Assembly: GCF_009914755.1 (NCBI RefSeq)
Contig: NC_060943.1
Source: the human T2T-CHM13v2.0 reference genome, Homo sapiens
DNA: 64,000 nt
Strand: one strand, 5' to 3'
A program made the position numbers and the translations under genes. This document shows, piece by piece, positions 52,501 through 64,000 of this stretch. Each line of letters starts with the position of its first letter. Positions within the stretch are counted from its first letter, which is position 1. The notes under the pieces are model-generated. The model searched no databases, was not told the origin of the DNA, and saw only the letters and a program-made list of their open reading frames with translations.

Positions 52501-54901
52501 GCGTCCCAGTGCCTCTCGTCCGCCCCCAAACTCATCCCCCTCCCCAGGGTTGGGTACCCGGCAGGTGCCGCTCCACCTGGGGCACGTGCCTGGCGCAGTG
52601 CCCTGGGAGGGGAGGAGGCTGCTGGGCCCGGCCCGTGCCCTTCCCCCGCATAACAAAGCTCCAGCCACCCCCGCCTCTAGACAGCTTTATGATGTTCCAG
52701 ACGCCACCCAGATTGGCACCTGTTGGCGGAAGTACCCGAGTCACTGCATTAGGTCGGGGGAATGGGGACCCCCACTCCCACCCTTGGGCTGTCAGGTGGA
52801 ACCTTCTCCTGGGTGGGGAGTGTCTCAGTCAACAGGCCAGGGATGCTCCCATATATAGAATCCTACTTTTTTGCATGGTGGCTGGGCATGGCTGGGTCAC
52901 CCCCACCCTGCTAACACACACACGTGACTGGCACCAGCCTCCCGCCCAGCCAGATTCCCCTTGTGCCACCTGGTGGGGATCACTGACCTGGACTCATCTT
53001 CCCCGTCTGTGACAAGCACGGCCAGGGTGACTGCCAACCTTCTTTGGTTCAAGTGACCCAAATCTGAGAAATGTCTGTGCCTCAGTGTCCCCATTAGCAC
53101 CTCACCATCCAGTTCATTGTCCTGTGGTTGTTGTGTAACTGGGTTCTCGTCTCCTTCTGCACCTGCCCCCGGCCCCTTTGTGTCTCCCCGGTAACCCCCG
53201 GTCCCTCCCGCCTTCCCAGTCCTGCTGATGGCCTGCCGGCCTTGCCGAGGAGCTGGGCGTATCTGGTGTTGCCGATCACACAAGGTCAGACCTCAAGGCC
53301 GGGATGGGCCGGGGTCCCTGCCTCTACCCCCGGCCCAGGGAGGGCTGTGTAGGAATCCCCGGGTGCATGCATGCGCTTGGCGCATCCCACACATGACCCA
53401 GACAGGCTGTGATTCCTGCAACGAGGCTGGACCCACGCCCTGGTCCCCCCTTCCCATCTCCTCCCCAGTCTCTTCCCCGCTCCTGGTCATCCCTCTCTCA
53501 TGGTTGCTTGGGCCTGCTGCCCTGTCCCTCTGTCTGTCCCAACGTGTGCCTGTCTGTTCTGTGTCCTGCAAACGGATGTCCTGTCCAGATTCCGGAAACG
53601 CCCAAGGCATTGAAATCTCCGGATGTGGGAGTCTAGGTCCCTGGCTGCTCTGGCAAGATGGGGATTATGGGAGGCAGGTCCTCTGGGTCTGAGGTCTCCG
53701 CTCCATGGTGGGCAGCGGAGGAGCAGGGGTTCTCCATAGGACAGGCCAGGCCAGGGCCCTGAGTCCTGGGTTTGCCTTGCTGGCCCTCAGGTGACCCCTG
53801 TGCCTTGGGTAGAAGTGAGTCACTCAGGGGAGGAGAACCCAGGAGCCCAGCCTCCCTCCCTCTGTGCATTACAGACCTCAGCTGCTGGAGGTGGGGCTGA
53901 GGGAGGCCACCTCTCCTCTCTGCCTGGACTTCCCCAGTTGAGCTGGCCCCGCTCTTGGCTGTGTCCTCCCTCTGCCTGCTGGGGATGGGGTGGGGCCTTC
54001 TGAGCGAGGGTGGTATTTGGTGAGCCTGGGCTTAAATTCCAGCGCTGACACTTCCTCGCTGTGTGTCCTGGGCCCAGTGCCTTCGCCTCTCTGAGCCTCG
54101 GTTCTGACCTAGGAAAAATGGGACTAAGAGGGTGTTCATGGGAGAGAGAGAGACCGAGACCTTGCCAGCACTTGGCAGGCAGGGCTGCTGTGAAGTCGTT
54201 ACTGGTAAGCGTCCTGGTCAGCAGCTCAGGGTGTGAATCTGTGTCCTTATTGATTGATTTACTGATTTATATTTATTTATTTTAGAGGAGAGAGTCTTGC
54301 TCTGTCACCCAGGCTGGAGTACAGTGGTGCGATCCTATGTCACCGCAGCCTCGATTTCCAATTTCCGGGGCTCAAGTGATCTTCCTGCCTCAGCCTCCCA
54401 AGTAGCTGGGACAAAAGGCACAGACCAACATGCCTGGCTAATTTCCTTTTACTTTTGTAGAGACAGGGTCTCGCTCTGTTACCCAGGCTGGAATGCAGTG
54501 ACGAGATTCTTGTTCACTGCAGCCTCAAACACCTGATCTACAGGACTACAGGCATGCACCACCACACCTGGCTAATTTTTTTTTCTTTATTTTTTTAAAT
54601 TGAGACTGGGGTCTCACTCTGTCACCCAGGCTGGAGTGCAGCGGCATGATCTCTGCCTCCTAGACTCAAGCCGTTCTCCCACCCCAGCCTCCTGAGTAGC
54701 TGGGACTACAGGTGCACACCACCACGCCTGGCTAATTTTTGTATTTTTAGTAGAGTCAGGGTTTCGCCATGTTGCCCAGGCTGGTCTTGAAATCTTGAGC
54801 TCAAAGTAACCTGCCCGCCTAGGCCTCCCAAAGTGCTGGGATTACAGGTGTGAGCCACTGCCCCCAGCCTTTCTTTTTTTCTTTTCCTTTTTTTTTTGTG
54901 A

Positions 54902-55060
<159 letters not shown>

Positions 55061-55641
55061 TAGTAGAGACAGGGTTTCACCTTGTTAGCCAGGATGGTCT
55101 AGATCTCCTGACCTCGTGATCTGCCTGCCTCGGCCTCCCAAAGTGGTGGGATTATAGGCATGAGCCACCGCGCCTGGCCTCTTTTTTTCTTTTTTGAGAC
55201 AAAGCCTGGCTCTGTTGGCCAGGCTGGAGTGTGATGGTGTGATCTCGGCTCACTGGAACCTCTGCCTCCTGGGCTCAAGCCAGCTTCCCACCTCAGGCTC
55301 CCAAGTAGTTGAGACTGCAGGCACATGCCATCACACCTGGCTAATTCTTACATTTTTTGTAGAGATGGGGTCTCACCGTTATTGCCCAGGCTGGTCTCGA
55401 ACTCCTGAGCTCAAGCAGTCCTCCGGCCTTGGCCTCCTAAAGTGCTAGGATCACAGGCAGAGAGAGCCACCACACCTGGCCAATACTTTTTTATTTTTTG
55501 TAGAGATTTTTGTAGGTCTTGCTGTGTTGCCCAGACTTATCTCCAATTCCTGACCTCAAGCACTGCTCCTGCCTCAGCCTCCCAAAGCGCTGGGATTACA
55601 GACGTGAACCACCACACCTGGCCAAATCTATGACCCTTAAC

Positions 55642-55860
55642 CGTAGGCTTCTCAGCCTTAGCACTACTGACATTCAGGGCTGGGTCATTCTTTGCAGTAG
55701 AGGCTGTCCTGTGCACTGCAGGGCGTTGAGTGGCATCCCTGGCCTCACCCTGATAGAAGTCACCTCCTTACCCACAGTCAGGACAACCAAAAATGTCTCT
55801 GGATGTTGCCGCATGTCCCCGGGTATGGGGAGAAAATCTCCCCTCAATGGAAAACTGTTA
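55642..55860 (+). mobile_element. MER20 (hAT-Charlie)
   Basis: TTCTCAGCCTTAGCACTACTGACATT...CTGTCCTGTGCACTG...GACAACCAAAAATGTCTC. Confidence 0.8.
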
Positions 55861-56038
55861 CTGGCCAGGCACAGTGCCTCACACTTGTAATCCCAGAACT
55901 TTGGGAGGCCGAGGCTGGCTGATTGCTTGAAGTCAGGAGTTTGAGACCAGCCTGGCCAACATGTGAAACCCCGTCTCTACTAAAAATACAAAACATTAGC
56001 TAGGCGCAGTGGCACGTGCCTGTAGTCCCAACTACTCA

Positions 56039-56164
<126 letters not shown>

Positions 56165-56532
56165 CTACTGTGACTTCCTTGAGCCTCAGTTTCCTCACCT
56201 GTGAAGTGGGGAGTTCTTGGCAGCTGCTCAAGATTTGTAGTGAGGGTTGGGAAGATGGTGGGAGTGATACACTTGGTCTGTGGCATTCCTCCCTGGGGGC
56301 AGCTGCGCTTGAGATCAGTCACGAGCCAAGGATAACATTCCTTGTCTGTGAAATGGATGCTCCCAGCTGAAGGAGATAACCCCAGGGGGCCATTTCCTAG
56401 CCAGCATTTGGAATCTGGGTGCTCTTGTTTTAAATCAAGGCCCTGGCCACGGGGCAGTGACTCACACCTGTAATCCCAGCACTTTTGGAGGCCGAGGCAG
56501 GAGGATTACTTGAGGCCAAGAGTTCGAGATCA

Positions 56533-56955
<423 letters not shown>

Positions 56956-57000
56956 TTGAATGTTACTGTGTGCTTAGCAAGTGGTTTTGTAGGCTGCTGA

Positions 57001-57561
<561 letters not shown>

Positions 57562-58045
57562 TGATCCACCCACCTCGGCCTCCCAAAATGCTGGGATTAT
57601 AGGCGTGAGGCACCGTGCCCGGCCTGGTTTTGGAAATTCTTATCCCAGTCCCCCAGTGCTGTCCCCTAATTGTGTTGGCCTGAGGGAGGTGCCACTGGGC
57701 TGGCTGGGACCCCGGGCCTCTCAGCTATGGTCAATAACAGTTGGCGACTGGACTGAGAGGAAGCAGGAAGTTGGGAGGGCCCGTCTGCAGGAAAGGGGCC
57801 TCACCTCTGAAGAAGTGGCTGTTCTGACCCTGAAGGGGAAGCCGGGGACAAGGGGTGGCTGGGAGAGTCTGGAGGGACATATGCAGGTAGTCGCAGGGCT
57901 GGAGGTCTGTGGGAGCATGGATGTGCTGCAGGGGCCTCGGGGAGCGTGCATATGTGTGTGAGCATGTGCACACGCATGAGCATGTGGGCCATGCCCTCTC
58001 GGGCAGGTGGGAGTGTGTCTTGTATGGGTTCTAGAGGGAAGCTCA

Positions 58046-58654
<609 letters not shown>

Positions 58655-58919
58655 TCAGCCCTCGGAGCCTGCGTCCCCTCATGGATACACCATGAGTGTG
58701 TGAATGTACAAACTGCCTGCACCTTGGACATTCTCTAGGGACAGGGAGCAAGGACTGTCCCTGGGTTTCATCTAGAGGAACAGGAGGTCCCTTAGATGCC
58801 CTGGAGTTGGCCCCGCGCGAGGGGTGCTGGGAGTTGACAGGAAAGAGGAAGTGGCAGCCGAGAGGCCCTGGTGGGGCTGAGGTTCAGGAAGAGGGCGGGG
58901 CCCTCAGCCCGGACCCAGG

Positions 58920-58958
58920 ATGGCGGAGGCCAATAACCCCTCGGAGCAGGAGCTGGAG
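58920..58958 (+). CDS. PKN1: PKN1 alternative exon 1b (MAEANNPSEQELE)
   Basis: Kozak AGGATGG; donor GAG|gtgggg; phase 0, compatible with exon 2; matches the known alternative PKN1 N-terminus. Confidence 0.85.
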
Positions 58959-59029
58959 GTGGGGTCCAGGGTCCCTGTGGGGGCAGGCAGAAGGGGGCCC
59001 CAAGTGGCACAGGCCAGTAGTCCTTCCCC

Positions 59030-59690
59030 GGGTACTTCTCAGTTTGGGAACAAGGAGAGGAGATGGGGCACTGGCCTCAGAGTTCTCTCTCTGGAGGATG
59101 AGAGTATCCAGTGCCCTTCGGGGCTCCCAGATTGGGGAGAGACAGAAGGAAGGAGACCGGGCTCTGTTCTTTAGGGTCCCAGTTGTTGAACATAGGAGAA
59201 GAGCAGATGAGGGTCTTCAAGACCCCATAGTTTGGGGGTACAGCAGAGAGAAGACTTGGCCTGCCCTTGGGATACCCTAGTTTTGGGGGTGTAGCCAAGG
59301 AAAGATGAGGCCTGCCCTCGGGATGCCATAGTTTCAGGGTACAAGTGAGGGAAGATGGGGCCTGTCCTCAGGACCCTGTAGTTTTAGGGGTACAGCAGAG
59401 AGAAGACAGGGCCTGCCCTTGGGCCCTCTTAGTTTCGGGGAGCAGCAGAGAAAAGAAGGAATCTTCCCTTGGGACCCTCTAGTTTGGGGGAGGCAGCAGA
59501 AGGGAGACAGATCTTATTCTTGAGACCCCCTTAATGTGGGGGACGCTGTGGTGGTGGGGGTGACAAGGCCCTGCTCTTGAGACCTCCCAGTTTGGGGAGG
59601 TCAGGAAGCAGTGGCAAGGCCTCGTCACCTTCCAGTTTTGGGAGTCAGAGGAGGTAGAGCAGGCCCTGTCTTGGGAGCCCCAGTCCAGGG
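59030..59690 (+). repeat. Degenerate ~50-bp minisatellite
   Basis: AGTTT anchors at 59229, 59279, 59330, 59380, 59431, 59481. Confidence 0.85.
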
Positions 59691-59771
59691 CAGAGGCTGG
59701 GCCAGGCTGGCTGCATGTGGTCTGCACCTGGAGTTCTCCTAGCTCCACTGACCCTGTTCTGTCCTCCGCAG

Positions 59772-60072
59772 AGTGAGCCTCGCAGCTGGTCCCTGCTAGA
59801 GCAGCTGGGCCTGGCCGGGGCAGACCTGGCGGCCCCCGGGGTACAGCAGCAGCTGGAGCTGGAGCGGGAGCGGCTGCGGCGGGAAATCCGCAAGGAGCTG
59901 AAGCTGAAGGAGGGTGCTGAGAACCTGCGGCGGGCCACCACTGACCTGGGCCGCAGCCTGGGCCCCGTAGAGCTGCTGCTGCGGGGCTCCTCGCGCCGCC
60001 TCGACCTGCTGCACCAGCAGCTGCAGGAGCTGCACGCCCACGTGGTGCTTCCCGACCCGGCGGCCACCCACG
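59772..60072 (+). CDS. PKN1: PKN1 exon 2 (HR1a Rho-binding repeat)
   Basis: [16 protein letters not shown]...[25 protein letters not shown]...DPAATH. Confidence 0.97.
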
Positions 60073-60228
60073 GTGAGCTGGGATGCCTCTGGGGATGCGG
60101 GACTCCAGGGATTCCACTGCTCACTGGCTCACCCATGGTCTCCAGAGCCAGGTTAACCCATCTCCACGGACCCCCAGGGAGATGCATGCCATGACCCCCG
60201 TAGCCACCAACACCCAGAGAGGTGCATA

Positions 60229-60495
60229 CAGCCACACCAGCACCCGGTAACACTCAAGACCGTGCATGCTGTCACATGAATACCTCTAGACACAGCCACG
60301 CCAACACCCAGGCAACATTCAAGGATGTGCATGCGGTCACACAAACACCTAAAAAAACAGCCACACCAACACCCAGGCAACACCCAAGGGTGCACATACT
60401 GTCACACGAATACCTCCAGACACAGCCACGCCAACACCCCAGGCAACACTCAAGGATGTGCACACTGTCACACGAATACCCAGAAACTCCCACAG
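60229..60495 (+). repeat. ~65-bp tandem repeat, ~4 copies
   Basis: CAGCCAC(A/G)CCA(A/G)CACCC recurs at 60229, 60293, 60358, 60423. Confidence 0.85.
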
Positions 60496-60529
60496 TTACA
60501 TGGATGATAACCAAAGACTGTTTATTTTT

Positions 60530-61487
<958 letters not shown>

Positions 61488-62065
61488 CAGTCATTTCTGC
61501 ACCCAGGGTCCCCTCAAGCATCACACCACTCTCCAGAGACTCATGCAGACACATGCATCCGGATGTGCCAACACCCGGAGACTCAGTCATACCAACCTGG
61601 AGATCTGAACTCACAGTTGTAGCAACAGTCAGAGATGTACGCAGAGCATCTCCCAACACCCACAATCTCAGACAGTCATTCTAACACATGGCGTCTCACA
61701 GAGTTACACTAACACCTAGGGAAACACACACTCAGCCATGCCAACACCCTGCAGCTCACAGATGGCACCACTCCCACACCCATAGGCTCACACAAGCCAT
61801 GTACGTAGTTACTCACGGGCCTCTCAAATGCAGTGGACCCAGCACCAAGGACACACTAACACACCTGGGTGCTCGCCTGCACTCATTCATCCTGGGTTCT
61901 GCCCCAGCCCCGAGGGGTTTCCCTGGGAGGGTGGGTGGGTAGACTGCTGGGCCCTGGTGTCCCCCTGCCTGCCTGTCTGCTGGCCCCCAGCTCCCCCTCC
62001 TCCATGCCCCAGGGGCAATGCCCAGGCTGGGCTGAGGATGAAGCCTCCCAGGCAGGCCGAGGTGA

Positions 62066-63040
<975 letters not shown>

Positions 63041-63273
63041 TGATGTCAGACAGACGTGGCAAATTGTCTCCCCTCCTCCCACAGTCCCCTGCAGAGCCTC
63101 AGGCCCATCCACAGTCAGGGCAACATGCCGCCTCTCACTGCTGACGGTGTGTCCTGTTACAAGCACACACAGTCATGTCATACCTTGACACACACACACC
63201 ATCATAACATCTAGACACACACACACACATGCTGTCATAACATCTAGAGACACACAGTGGTAACAACATCTAG

Positions 63274-64000
<727 letters not shown>

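Noticed and set aside
51611-52858. 415-aa ORF (and overlapping antisense ORFs) across the PKN1 promoter
   Set aside because: Stop-codon depletion in an extreme-GC CpG island; Arg/Gly/Pro/Ala low complexity; different frame from the real exon 1a
59030-60495. Regularly spaced repeats that superficially resemble a CRISPR array
   Set aside because: Whole units are homologous and degenerate, with no invariant repeat plus unique spacer and no cas genes; eukaryotic intron

Overview
Primate (human-like) genomic DNA, very Alu-dense, matching the known ADGRE5-DDX39A-PKN1 gene order. It contains three genes. (1) The complete ADGRE5/CD97 adhesion GPCR gene on + (20 coding exons, 214-26795). My exon chain sums to 2508 nt = 835 aa + stop: 5 EGF domains, a GAIN stalk with RGD, the GPS HL|S site, 7TM and a C-terminal ASESGI. 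(2) The complete DDX39A DECD-box helicase gene on - (non-coding exon 1 plus 10 coding exons, 1284 nt = 427 aa + stop), whose 3' end faces ADGRE5 about 100 bp away. (3) The 5' part of PKN1 on + (two alternative first exons, then exons 2-3 encoding HR1a/HR1b). I see no CRISPR array, tRNA/rRNA gene or wholly new genetic system. Most long ORFs in the track are Alu, GC-rich or CA-repeat artefacts. The best leads are: a decayed, frame-symmetric Ser/Thr/Pro-rich pseudo-exon cluster in ADGRE5 intron 4 (possible relic of the rodent CD97 'X' insert); a short L1PA insertion apparently carrying a 3' transduction; a GC-box-rich candidate internal promoter in ADGRE5 intron 14; frame-informative terminal introns in both convergent genes; a candidate PTC-introducing alternative acceptor in DDX39A intron 6; and a PU.1-type alternative PKN1 promoter followed by a ~50-bp degenerate minisatellite. 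Coordinates were counted by eye, and repeat boundaries and subfamilies are approximate.
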